From the human T2T-CHM13v2.0 reference genome, Homo sapiens, in NCBI RefSeq assembly GCF_009914755.1, contig NC_060935.1: DNA of 64,000 bases; one strand, written 5' to 3'. The notes under the pieces are model-generated. The model saw nothing but the letters and a program-made list of their open reading frames with translations. It ran no database searches and was not told the DNA's origin. Positions 15,061-28,837 of this stretch are shown one piece after another. The position numbers and the translations under genes were made by a program. Numbering within the stretch: the stretch's first letter is position 1; the number at the start of each line of letters is the position of its first letter.

Positions 15061-16975
15061 CTTGTTTGCCCCTTGGCACCTATCATTTGGATCTTTGTAA
15101 TACTGTCCTCTCTGGTTTCTCTAAGCTTTGAATCTCGTTATCTTCTAACCTATTTCCCATATTTATCATAGAAATTATCAGTTTGAAAATATGACCTTGT
15201 AATCTAATTCAATTCTCAGACTTCTATTGTTTAAATGAATTATAAGAACTCTAAATATATTAGAAGATAAATTAATCCCTTAAGTCCTTTCTTCCTTGTG
15301 CAGCATTGCTTTCCGATGCTCCTTATAATTCATCCTCTCCCACTCACTGAAAGTTTCCCAGATAAAACGAGACTTTTGATGCCACCAATGTATTTTGTGC
15401 ATCATGTTCTTTCTAAAAGTTAGAATCTTTTTTCCTTTCCTTCATTCACTTCTTTTCACATTTCTCTCCCTTAGTTCCTTTTCTTCTGCCAACCTTCTCT
15501 CCCTTTCTTCTTTAATTTTTCTGCTTGCTTGTCAAAGCAATAATCCCCAATCATACTGAAACACTTTACTCAGCACCCCGCTTTTTTCCTATAGGTCCCT
15601 TTAACTTGCGAGGCTTATAGCCATCATCTTACCATATTAAATGATTTTGTTTGCATGTCTGTATTTGCAGCAGATTCTAAACTCCAATATCATCTCACAG
15701 CTAGCCCATTGTCAGACACAAAACAGCCATTAAATAAATGTTTGTTGACTGAATTATTCTGTTCAATATTGATCAATGTGTGAATGAGAACAGTGAAGTC
15801 CAGAGATTATGTAACAGTTATGTAGTGTAGATATTGGGGCTTTTACTGCAACCTCCAGTTGTAGAATATCTTGTTATCTGTTGATGTCAAGAGCTCACAA
15901 GTAATAGAGCAATTCTCTAATGCTGTGAAGCCATCCATGACATCTGTACATTTTTTTTTTTACTGCCTGCACTAGTTTAAAGTCTTAAGGCTTAACCATA
16001 AATACCAGATTATATGTTCAGACTATTTATTATGAAAGTTTAAAGTAGCACAGTGTAACCAGTGACTTAGTAATTAAGATGCATCAAATAGCAATGTTTA
16101 CATTAACCAAATCATTAAGAGTCATGTCAATTCTATGAAATCCCTTTCCTCAACAGTGCCAGAGAGCTAGATTTATTTTGCTTTATTTTATTTTAATATC
16201 CTAGGAGATCTTGGACAAACATTGAACAACTGAGCTCACATTTACGTATCGTCAGCATTTGGAAAATTTTCTTATGTTTCAGTGGGGAAAACATTTGAAA
16301 TTACTTCTACATTTGTATCTGGAAATCCACTTAATAAGATGAAACACCCTGGTCCCTAACCTATATGGCCAGAATTCAGCAGTCACTGCATCAGCGGAGC
16401 TAACATTTACAGAATGCTTCCTATTCTCCAGGCTCTCTGTTAAGTGCTTTATGGTTGCAGATTCCATACTTCTCAGCACTCAGCCACTCGCCACCCCCAA
16501 ATCATCACATCTGTAACATATATTCTTCTGACAACCATATATTCACTTACCTCTAAATAATAATCTTTGCTGCTATAAAACATGGATTCAGGGAGAAAAT
16601 AAATACCTTACATAAAAATACTTGAATAAGTGGATTCACATAAATAAAACTAGAAATACAAAAATGTTTATGTTGTAAAGGTAATGTAGAAATTTTTTTT
16701 TAAAGATTAGTGGATACTAAAGAGCCTAAGGCTTAATACTTGGCTATTTATTAAATTTGGAGCAAAATGTTAAATGTATCTACAGATATTCAAATATTGA
16801 GCTTTACCACAGATAGATGTTTTTGTCATCAACCAGCCATAGCTTTGTTGCAGAGAGATGAAAGTAATATAGAAGACAAATTTGATTTCCACAGGTACGG
16901 AAAGACTAAATTTATAGCTAAAGCTTATATATAGGGAGACATACATTTTCTAATGTAACTTGAAAACGTTAACTT

Positions 16976-17071
16976 GATTCCAAATGGTAAAATATTTTTC
17001 TGATAATTTGAGTGTATGTATGAGAATACATAAGCTCAAATTATCAGAAAAATATTTTACCATTTGGAATC
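16976..17071. repeat. Inverted repeat / 96-nt hairpin (37-bp perfect arms)
   Basis: 16976-17012 is the exact reverse complement of 17035-17071. Confidence 0.97.
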
Positions 17072-17999
17072 TCTGCTAGCTTATAGTTTTAGAAATTGTA
17101 TAACCATTAAAAGCCACTACAAACATTTTTTTCAAGCAAGTCATCAATATATCTTGAATACTCATTCTAGAAATTGACACTGGTAACATTCAAATTAAGC
17201 ATTAAGTATTTTCATTTACAAGGCATGAAATCTGTGAGGAGGGATGCAACATCAGAAGTAAAAATGCCTGTAAGAGCTACTAAGCCTTATCTGTTCGGTA
17301 TTTTTTTTTCTTTCATTGCTGACTATGGCTACATTTTTTAAAGTGAAATAAATGTAGTAATTCAAACTCTAGATATATCCTATTTTCCTGATACTTGGAA
17401 TCCTATATAAAGTCACATGATGTGTGACCATATGATGTAAAGGAACTAAATTCTTAGTAACTCATCTAACTGGGGAATTTATGGAGCACAAATACTTGTA
17501 AAGGAAATCAGGATGAGATTCCAACTTTGTCCCAAAGGATATGATATACATTTATTCTTTTCTCCCTCTCACAGCATTATGAGCAAAAACCTGTCTATTA
17601 TGACCCTTATTATGCTAACTCCTTACCTAAACACTATTCCTTTAATCCATTTTGAAACTAATTTTCTGTAATTCCTTACTTAACATCATTCCTTTAATCC
17701 ATAAAATTATTTTCTCCTGATATTAAGGATCATCTGAAAGAACTATCACATGAAGACTGTTTTTTGTCTGTCCTTTTTTTTTCCTTAAATTTTCTGTGGA
17801 CATCCTATTCAAATTAGCAACTTATTTTACCAGGTGAAAGTCTGAATTCTATGATACAACACAAAACAAATCAGAATACCATCCTTGTTTTCACTGAGCT
17901 TACGTTCCAGTAATAATGACAATGATTGTAATAACGGACAACAATCAAGAAGTAAAATATATTTTAAGTCAAATGGTTATAACCATTATAGAAGGAAGG

Positions 18000-18780
18000 G
18001 CTGCCTTGGAAGATTTGTATTTGATAGTGTGGTCAGCAATGGCTTCACTAAAAAGAAATATCTGAGTAGAGACTAGAGAAAGAACAAGACATGAATATTT
18101 GGAAGAAAATTTCAGGCAGCAGAAAAAAAACAAGCGCAGAGTTCCTGCGCAGACATGGCTGGAGGCCGTGAAACAATGTAGCTGGAGTGGAGTAAGGGAT
18201 GAGGAGTAGGAGATGAGGTCAAGGAGACAGCAGAAGCCAAGTTCTATAGGGGCAGACAGATTACTGTAAGGCCATTGGCTTTTAAGTAAAATGGGAAGTC
18301 TTCAGAGATCTGAGCAGAAAGAATAACATGACATTTACTTCCCTTTAGCACAATTATTGTGATTACTGTGTTGAGAATAATATGTCGGAGGGCAACCATG
18401 TCCAGTTAGAAGGATGCTAAAACATATTAGATGAGAAATGCCAAGGACTGCCATGGTGGTAACAATACAGGTGGTAGTTGTTAGATTTTGGATGTAGTTT
18501 AAAAATAAAGACAATGAGATAAACTGACAAATTCTGTGTGGAATGCAAAAAAAATCCAATGTTTTTTGACTAAACAACTAGAAGATTAGAATTAGCTTTT
18601 AGCAAGATGGGAATAACTGAGGGGAAGAACAGATTTGAAGCAATAATGGGAGTTGGGGGGCAGGGGAGATCAAGTGTTGGGGTTATATAAATGTTCAGTT
18701 TGAGATAGATGCTTGTTAAAATCTAAAGGTCTTGACGGTGCAGTTGGATATAGGTTCTGGAGTTCAGGGGAGTAGAACAG
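18000..18780 (-). mobile_element. L2 fragment
   Basis: Purine-rich antisense L2 body (gagatgaggtca, ttagattttggatgtagttt, ggttctggagttcagggg). Confidence 0.7.
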
Positions 18781-18789
18781 ATTGGGGGG

Positions 18790-18946
18790 AAGATCACAAG
18801 GAAACTTTGGGAGGGGATGGCTGTGTCTATTACTTTGATTGTGGTGAGGGTATCATGAGTGTTTGTGTATGTCCACACTCATTAAATTGTGCACATAAAA
18901 TATGTGCAGTTCTTTGTGTATTATACCTCAATAAAGCTGTTAAAAC
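18790..18946 (+). mobile_element. L1MB-type 3' end
   Basis: cacaaggaaactttgggagg...ttgattgtggtga...atacctcaataaagctgttaaaa. Confidence 0.75.
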
Positions 18947-19240
18947 AGAAATAGACCTTTGAGAATGGATGTTTTCATAAGCCTCCACTGTCTTCTATAT
19001 AGCTTAGTCTTTTTTTATCTCTCCTCAGATGTTAGAAATCTTTTATACCTTTTTTGAAAAATGTTAGGTGTTTTCATAATGCTCATTTTCAGATTATCTT
19101 CATTTTGTTCTTCTAATTTTAATTGAAGAAACAGAATCAAGTCTAATTTAGACAGGCCTAGGACAAATGTACACAATAATTTAGGAGAAAACATTTTGGG
19201 ACTTAAAACGGAACTGCAGGCCACGTTAAGAAATCTGTCC

Positions 19241-19586
<346 letters not shown>

Positions 19587-19642
19587 TCAATCAATGCCAT
19601 TGTCCTCAGATGTTTGCAAATATAAACAAGGATAAAAGCTGA

Positions 19643-19972
<330 letters not shown>

Positions 19973-22339
19973 GACTTTTTTTTTCAAGTAGAAGTTTAAT
20001 AACTTTCCAGTTTCCAAAAGTGAATGTTCCAAAAGGTATTTGGGCAGCACGCATTGCTGCCTCTAGTTTGTGGGTCTCCAGCAAGATGCATGTATTGCAG
20101 GCTCTGTTATATCACTGTTTCTACCAAACTGTTACTTCGTATTTTCAGCTTTAAATAAAATTATTTTTTTCTGCTCAATTTATTAGATTCTTACAATTTT
20201 ATACACACCCATATAGCAGTGTGCATGCAGTAGACACTCATGCATATATTTTAGGAACACTGTCTTCTATGACCAGGAAAATCATCAAGATTCCAATGGA
20301 AACATGAACTGCTCTACAAATCTACCACGTCCTTAAAGTAGCACTTTCAGGAAAAGGTGAAGAGAAACTTTGGAGGTAGGGGTTAGACTGTTACCAAAGG
20401 TGCTTCAGCTACTGATAGAAAATAACTTTCTAAAAAGTGATAGTCCCATCTAAATGAAAGATAAGTGAATAAAAACAAGTATGTTTTTTGTGAATAGGCA
20501 AACAAAAAGACCATGGTGTGGGAAGCAAAGGGGAAAATACAACTTGAGATGACGAAATGATTTTTTTTTTTTTAAGTAAGATAAAGCAGATGTTTAGGAG
20601 TAAACTGAACAAAACTCAGGTCAAACTTTTGATGTTTCATGGAGATGACAGCAAAAAATATATATTAATAAAAGTAGCTAATGTTTGCATAGTGTCTTGC
20701 GCTTTGCACAAAAATCACATAACTTAATTCATTTAATCCTATTATATAATTCTATAAAATGGACATAATTAGGATCTTTTTATGAAGCTGGGAAGCTGCT
20801 GTCTAGAGTGGATGATTAAATGACCCAATATGCTACCATCAACAAGAAGCATAGTAAGACTGGTATATAAACCTGAGGCAGTATATACATTGCTACTATT
20901 GCCTTTGGTTTTTGCACTGAATTGTTTTCTATAAGCACATGCTGTTATCGGCTATTTCTAACAGCTCACATGTTTACATAATTTCTTCAGCTAGTTTTCA
21001 CTTGACAAAATCTCAATCAAAACAAGAAAAAGCTTTGTAAAACAGTATCATTTTAGCAAAAGGATTTAGTGAAAAACTAATTTGATTGCTTATTATTCAA
21101 TGAATTATCCTTGAAATCATTTGCAGAAATTTTTTTAAATTAAAATCTGAGTCTATGCAAGACTGAGGGAAGATGTGTGATGCTAACTCTTGTTGGAATA
21201 CTACTAATTTACTGGAGCTGGTTCTTATTTAAAGGATTACCCTAAACAGCTAAATAATCAGTTTGAAAGACCAGAGGCGAGGTTCCAAGCCAGATACCTG
21301 GTTCAAAGCTCAGAAAATCCTGTACTTGAATTACTTCTAAAATATCTCCAAGGTCATTTTATCTTTTATGGATAAGATAATGCTTCTTAGAAAACAAAAA
21401 GGTTAGATAAAGCTGAGCATATCTTGAGGCACACATTGATGCTGTGACTCTTTAACATGCTTCTGAGAAACTTACAACTACTCAGAAGATGTCTTCTCTC
21501 TTAAAGTACCAGTAATAATCAATGCCTAGCTTTCATACCCATGATAAATGTACAATTATATAATTTTAGGTTTGTAATTCTTATGATAGACTTGGGCATA
21601 TTTACCAAGAAAAGCTACACACATGGATTGGATGGCATTTAATGATCTAATCAATTGTGCACGTTCCTCTAAGGTGAGGGAGTTGAATAAGCTCATTGCA
21701 TAAATTCTGATGTAAAGGTAAAAGAATGTCAAAGTGCTGATTTAATGAAGTTTTCTGCTTAATGCATAACCATGACTAGCCACAGCATCGGGGAGCTTTC
21801 TGTTAATGAGGCAAACTTTCCTTAATACAAGTGAACAACTAATAACGTCTACCTTTAGGGTAGATGAATCTATTATTTTAGTCCTGGTGAACAACGAACA
21901 GGAGGGCTAGAATAGGAAATATAATTGCCTCTCTCAAAGGAGAATTCACTCTCCTTTGAGATACAGAATTTCTTCTCTGGATTCACAGCAATGCCGTTTT
22001 TTTTTTTTTAATGCAGCTTAAAGCCAGGTGTGCCATAAAGTAAAATCAGCTTGTTCCTTTTAGGTTATATTAACTGAATTATAAGCCAAGTGAGTCCTCT
22101 AATGACAACTCATTCTTAATACTAATTATTTCAATTTATAAAAAAACCATGCCCATTTCCTGGAGTTCCTTTTGTGTGTGTGTGATATAATCTGAATAAA
22201 GCAAGCACATAAAATTAAATTCTGTTTTCACTGAATTTTGAAAAACAAAACTCAAAGACATAACAAAGTGATGGTTCAATGAGTGGGGTGGTGGAAGATT
22301 TGGAAGAGATACTCACCCTAAAACATAAGGCACTGTGGG

Positions 22340-22510
22340 GCAGTGGAAATGAATGGGTCATAAAGTAGAAAGACCTAGGTTTGAACTCAGAACTCCGCTA
22401 CTTAATATGTAAATGATGTTAGTCAAGTTTTTTAACCTCCATGAGCCTGATTTCCCATTTATATAACAGAGATAATAATACCTTAGAGTGTCGTTTTAAA
22501 GATGAATAGA
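22340..22510 (+). mobile_element. MIR
   Basis: agacctaggtttgaactcag...aagttttttaacctccatgagcctgatttccc core. Confidence 0.65.
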
Positions 22511-24786
22511 TAATTTCTCTAATGAGCTACCTTTCCCAGTCCCAGTTCTCTACTCTCCACTTTTACTTCATTGTGTGTGCCTGGCAGTTCTCATCTTGTG
22601 TCCTTGGGAAGATAATGCAATCTCACATTTTTAAAGTTGTTCTCCCCACTAATATTGTTGAGCCCTGTAACAGCCTGCCATTGCTGTGCAAAGCATTTAT
22701 AAGCACAAGAGAAAATTAACCCAGTTTTCAAGCTATTTAAATTTCTATGGACTTATTTATATTCACTTGAGCTAAGGGGAAGCTAAGATTCACCTAAATC
22801 CTGGTACCAGCACCCTCTCCTTGTTAATTACTATTTTAGCCTTGCATATGTCTAGCACTCAATTTGTTACAAAAGCAAATGGAAATTAGGTAGTCTCTGA
22901 TCTCCACTTAATCCTTGTTCCCACTGAGTAGGACCCGATGATGAGTCCTTATTAGCCGACCTGATTCCAATATGGAATAGTACCATGTTGGTTTTATTTG
23001 GTTATTTTCTCATACTAAATTTTTAATTAAAAATAAATGAAACATTAATAGATATAGGAAGGCTCCGCTGCTACAGTCAAAGCCCAATGTAATTCAAATT
23101 ATAAAGTATAGCAATTTAAAATAACTTGAAAATATTATGGGCCACAAAACAAGTTAGAAGAGATAAGACTAGGAGTGCATGATAACTACTTCTGTGTTTA
23201 ATCTTGGTAATCTCAAACTTAGGTTCCAAACATGGTAGACCAAACATTTTGGCCTCTTTATTAAGTCATTATACTCAAAAAGTGATCAATGTATCAGCCT
23301 TAGATTATTAATTGATAAGAACTGTGACATGAATTAGTTCAAGATGCAGAATGAAATTTCACTAATGACTGCTTCAAATTTCAACCGGTGGCAACCCTGG
23401 TACCATTTAGGCTTCAAGGCAAGGAAACTTTGAACCTGAATCTTGTGCTATATGGTTGTGTTGAATTATGGACTTAGATATAATACTTCCAGCTGATGGT
23501 GCCAGAATAAAGTATAACAAATCCTTAAGGTGTAAGTCCCATAATTGGCTATAAGAAATTACTGTTTTACTGAGTCTCTTCTTTAGCTCTCTAGGAATCC
23601 ATGAGGAGTCTTTGTTTCTTTTATAAATGCATTCTGGTTACTTGCTACCTCAGCTAACTATCCAACAGGGCTCTAGACCATTGATTTCCCTGTTCTTTCT
23701 GTGGCCTCCTCCTGCTAACCATACTCTAGGTGAGTCCTCCTTATGCCTTGTTACTTTACAACTTGCAAGGTGTAGAATTTTTCTATATTTTTCCCAGAGC
23801 GATGGCTGGTATCAGGCTTGGCCATTTAACAAACTTTGCTTGAAGACTTGAACAAACTGCAGACAATGGAAACAGCAAACGTTAACTCGTTGATAATTAG
23901 TCCGGCCCAAGGTGTTTCAGAGGGCTTTGCTCCTGGCCTTTCTTCCTTCTTCCATCCTGTTGCTAAATTGCAGGAGCCAGCCTATAACCTTACTGCCTCA
24001 AGGGAATGGGCCTCAGCTTTCTTTTCCTCCCATAGAATCTAAGCCTCAATTTCTGGTCAGTGGTGGTCATAGGAAGGAAAAAGGGGAATTACATAATTTT
24101 TTCCCCAAAAAAAGTAATAGAAAAAGCCACTCTACCTATAATGATGCCAAATTTCATTGTTATGCCAAGTTTGGCTCTTTATTGGCTTAAAATTCCATTT
24201 CAGAATATAATTTTTCTTTATAAGTATATAACAAAATTTTATGCAAACAAAAGGCACATTGCATTTACAGAGAGAAGGAAAAATTTTGGACAAAATTAAG
24301 CAGTTTCCTTCCCTTTCTAAACATCAAGACTTGACAAAAATAACTGCGTAGCATCATCTTGCTCACCCAATCATTTACTGGAAAATTATTCCACATTTGT
24401 TATCATAATATCCACTTGGCATTTCTATGATGCTGTCTTTCCTTATCTCTAATCAATGTAGTGCCTGGTAAACCTTCAATATTTTGCTGTTATATGGATG
24501 AACTAATCGACTTTAAAAAAATATTTAAACAGTTTACAGAATCAGCTTCCTCTTCTGTAAAGTAGAAATAATACCTGCTCTTTCTAATGTGCTGGTTGAC
24601 TATTTAATCCTAATACCCTCTTAATCCATTTGTGTTGGTATGGAGTCCTCTAGGTTTGACTTAGGAAGCCCTGGGTTTGATCTGTGGTGCCATTGTTTTA
24701 ACTTGTATTTCTTCTCTGCATCTCACCCCTCCACACATGCCCCACCACTACCACTCCCATCTCCTGTGGAACTGGCAGATTAAAAC

Positions 24787-25139
24787 TGTATCAGTCTGTT
24801 CTCACACTGCTAATAAAGACATACTGGAGACTGGATAATTTATAAAGGAAGGAGATTTAATTGAGAAACAGTTCCACGTGGCTGGGGAGGCCTCACAATA
24901 ATGGCAGAAAGCAAATGAACAAAATCACGTCTTACATGGCGGCAGGCAAGAGAGCTTGTGCTGGGGAACTCCTATTTATAAAACCATCGGGTCTCATGAG
25001 ACTTAATCATTACTATGAGAACAGCATGAAAGAAACTGCTCCCATGATTCAGTTATCTCCACCTGGCCCCACCCTTGACATGTGTGGATTATTACAATTC
25101 AAAGTGAGATTTGGGTAGGGACACAGCCAAACCATATCA
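24787..25139 (-). mobile_element. THE1 (MaLR) solo LTR
   Basis: tgtatcagtctgttctcac...acacagccaaaccatatca; near TSD aaaac/aagac. Confidence 0.93.
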
Positions 25140-26334
25140 AAGACTATCTGAAATGTCTTTAAACCATAATTTAGTCCATGCTTCACTTAAAGATTCTTCC
25201 ATTTATCTAAGTGATAATATGATGAGGTCATACTTCTTTATAAAAGTAAAATAATGATCATAGAAATGAGATAGGACTTAAAATTGGATGTGAAAGCCAC
25301 TGCCAGTTATATTTAGTCAACAGGTTTCAGAGTAAAATAAAAATAATTTGGTTGGCATTTCTGATTTATAAATCTGTAATGTTCTCTTTACTTTTGTTAA
25401 GTTTCAAAAGGGAAGAAAGTAAAAAAGGTGAATGTTCACAAATGGCATATTTGCATATGCATGTATAGCATATGTAATACATAAATATACAAAGTACAAA
25501 AAACTTACCAAAAGTAAATCTGATGGACTGTTTATGGTGCAGTAATGTAATTCACATTGATAATGATTCTGTTCACAGTAGTTTAATAGCTACATTGATT
25601 ACATTTGGAATAATAAATTGCTTATGTTAATAGTAATTGGAATTTGCTTCTTTAAACACCTATCATTACTAATTTCAGTTACGTGATAATGGGAAGTTAA
25701 GACTGCACAATTAGATGGATTTTATCAAGCTTTCTCTGGGGAAAAACACACATTTATTTCTAATATAAAAACTATTTTAATGCTGACTTTGTTTTAAACT
25801 AGCAGCTTTGTTTTAAATTAAAAGACAGAGTTGTGACTATGAAAAAATGCTTTTAAAGCAGATGTGCCTAGTTCAAGTATGGACCCAGTACTATAGGGAC
25901 TATTTGCATTTCTCCCCCTGGTAATTCATGCTTTTTCCAAACTGCTTTTGTTTTTATAAACTATTTGTCACAATTATATATGAGATGAGTAAAATATTTC
26001 CTATCTTACAGATGAATATATAGGATTATTAATAATTAAGGCAGTTCCTCAAAGTAATAAATGCACACATGCATGATAGCTCTTTCTATAAACAGGTTAG
26101 CACAGTATTTGGTACAGAGAGGGTGACCTCAGAACATCTTTATAGTGAATGCATTTTTGAGATAATGAAATTTGAAGTTGAAGGCTAGTCTTCTAGCATT
26201 TCAGTGACTAATATTGGTCCTTGTACATAATTGATTTGCATTATGATAAAATCTGTATACTGGCCTAAGCTACTGGTCCTCACATGACTGTACCAGGGAC
26301 CATATAAAGGTCTATTAAATTGATCTGTGTGATT

Positions 26335-26480
26335 AGAATATTGTTCTAGCCCTCAGTTTCTTCGTCTATAAGATGCAAATTAATAACTTTTCTTGCAGAG
26401 TTTTGAGAATTAAATATTGAATAATATAAAATACCTAGAACATTGTCTAGTGTACCTGGAATGTGCTCAACAAATTAGAA
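26335..26480 (+). mobile_element. MIR
   Basis: cctcagtttcttcgtctataagatgcaaattaataac...gtgctcaacaaat. Confidence 0.6.
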
Positions 26481-27302
26481 ATACTATTAGTCTCAGATTA
26501 AGTACATGATTTGTAGAGATGAATATTTTTTCACATCTAAAAATCAAACACTAGTTATGATTCTATAGAGTTATATATTTGAACATTTTTATCACACTAA
26601 TTTAAGGCCATGTTTATATACATTTTCTGCTTTTTCCCCTCCATGTCTACTTGTAAGAGATCTGCTTCAAACTATTCTTAAAAATTCCACTACTCTGTAG
26701 TTCTCTAACCTATAAATCCAATAATTTATTGTGAACCCAGTATATGTAAAACATCTTGTTATTTTGGGAAAAATATTTCACACAAATATGAAGGCTGATT
26801 TCAAGAAACCTTAATATCTAGAGGAAACATTAAATAGATAATTATGATGCAAGACAGAATTTGATATGCATAAAAGTGGTTACATAAGTGCTATGGGATT
26901 TCAGAGACATACTCTGTCTATTAGGAAATTTGACCAGGTAAAGAACATTGTGAAATGTGCACAGAATTTCAGAAATTGGCCAACAGCATTTTACAAATTT
27001 AGGAATGTTTAATTTTTATTGTTTAAAATGTCCCCCAACCCAGCTGCTTTGATTAGTCAAGTTTGGAAACCACTGCTCTTAGAATTCCTGGCTTCCAGTC
27101 CCTGGGCAGAGGCATTCCACGGTGCTAGATGAACTAAAAAAGAGAAGAAGAGAAGAGAAAAGGTAGAGAGAGGAGTCTTATAAAGGAAGAAAAGTAGGTA
27201 CAGATATTGCTCAAGAAAAGGTAATTTGTTACAATGGAGTCTAATGAGTGCAGCTTATTTATGTGAACTGTCCCTCCAGACACAGTATCCCACATACATT
27301 TA

Positions 27303-28717
27303 GTATTAGTCTAGGTTCTTCAGATAATTCAGATTCATTGGCTCATGAAGTTATGGAGGCTAAGTTAGCAGTTAGCAAGCTGGGAGACCCAATAAGAGAT
27401 GATGGCATAGTTCCAGTGTAAGCCTGAATCTAAAAGCAGGAAAAGACTTGAATCCAGTTCAGTCAGGCAGAGAGAGCAAATCCTGTTACTCAGTGTTTGC
27501 TGTTATTGTTGCTGCTCAATTTAGGCCTTCAAAAAATTCAATGAGGCCCACCTACACTGGAGAGGGGAATTTAGTCGACTCATTTTACTGAGTCAAATGT
27601 GAATCTCAATCAGAAAAATAATTCAAGATGGACTAAAGAATTAAATGTAAAACCCTGAACTATAAAAACCCTGGAAGACAACCTGGGTAATACCATTCTG
27701 GATATAAGAACTGGCAACGATTTCATTATAAGATGCCAAAAGTAATTGCAACAGGAACAAAAATTGAAAAATGGGATCTAAACTAAAGATCATCTGCACA
27801 GGAAAAGAAACTATCAAGAGAGTGAACAGACAACCTAAAGGACAGGAGAAAATATTTGCAAACCATGCATCTGACAAAAGTCTAATACCTAGCATCTATA
27901 AGGAACTTACATTTACAAGAGAAAAACACCTCCATTAAAAGCTGGGCAAAGGACATGAACAGACATGTCCAAAAGAAGACATATATGAGGCCAACAACCA
28001 TATGAAAAAAAGCTTGATATCTCTGATTATTGGAGAAATGCAAACACAATCCCACTGTTGGTGGGGGTGTAAATTAGTTCAACCATTGTGGAAAGCAGTG
28101 TGGTGATCCCTTAAAGAGCTAAAAACAGTGCTACCATTTGACACAGCAGTCCCATTACTTGGTATACTTGAAGGAATACAGTTCTACCGTAAAGACACAT
28201 TCACACGTATGTTCATTGCAGCACTATTTGCAATAGCAAAGACATAGAATCAACCTAAATGCCCATAGATGGTAGACTAGATAAAGAAAATGTGGTACAT
28301 ATACACCATGGAATACTATGCAGCCATAAAAAAGAATGAGATCATGTCCTTTGAGGTGACATTGATGGAGCTGAAGGTGATCGTCCTTAGCAAACTAACA
28401 CAGGAACAGAAAACCAAATGCTGCATGTTTTCACTTAGTGGGAGCTAAATGATGAGAATCCATGGACACAAAGAAGGGAACAACAGACACTGGGGCCTAC
28501 TTGACGGTGGGAGGAGAGAAGGGGTTAGTAAAAATAACAACTGGGTACTAGACTTCGTACCTGGGTATCAAAATAATCTGTACAACAAACCCCTGTGACA
28601 TGAGGTTACCTATATAACTTGCATGTGTACCCCTGAACCTAAAATAATATAAAAACACACCAAGAATGTTTAACCAAATATATGGGTACCTCATTGATCA
28701 TAAAATTAACTATCACA
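27303..28717 (-). mobile_element. MLT2 (ERVL) LTR split by an L1; pieces about 27303-27617 and 28652-28717
   Basis: ggctcatgaagttatggaggctaag, atgaggcccacctacactggagaggg; terminus cataaaattaactatcaca. Confidence 0.7.
27620..28655 (+). mobile_element. L1PA15/16-like 5'-truncated element
   Basis: ORF2 C-terminal region plus 3'UTR (atctgtacaacaaacccctgtgacatgag...cctgaacctaaaataa). Confidence 0.9.
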
Positions 28718-28837
28718 TTTCTCTTCTGAACATTTTATATTTTTTAACTTCTATCAAATATGGAATAGTTATAAAACTATCGATAATATGAGAGTAAGAT
28801 ACAAAGAATAATATGAAAATGAATATCATTTACCTAT

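Noticed and set aside
16976-17071. Hairpin as MADE1 / mir-548 family
   Set aside because: Lacks the ttaggttggtgcaaaagtaattgc terminal repeat and TA flanks; kept as an unexplained hairpin.
23627-24299. Four overlapping + strand ORFs of 68-92 aa
   Set aside because: No recognisable domain or exon structure; consistent with chance.
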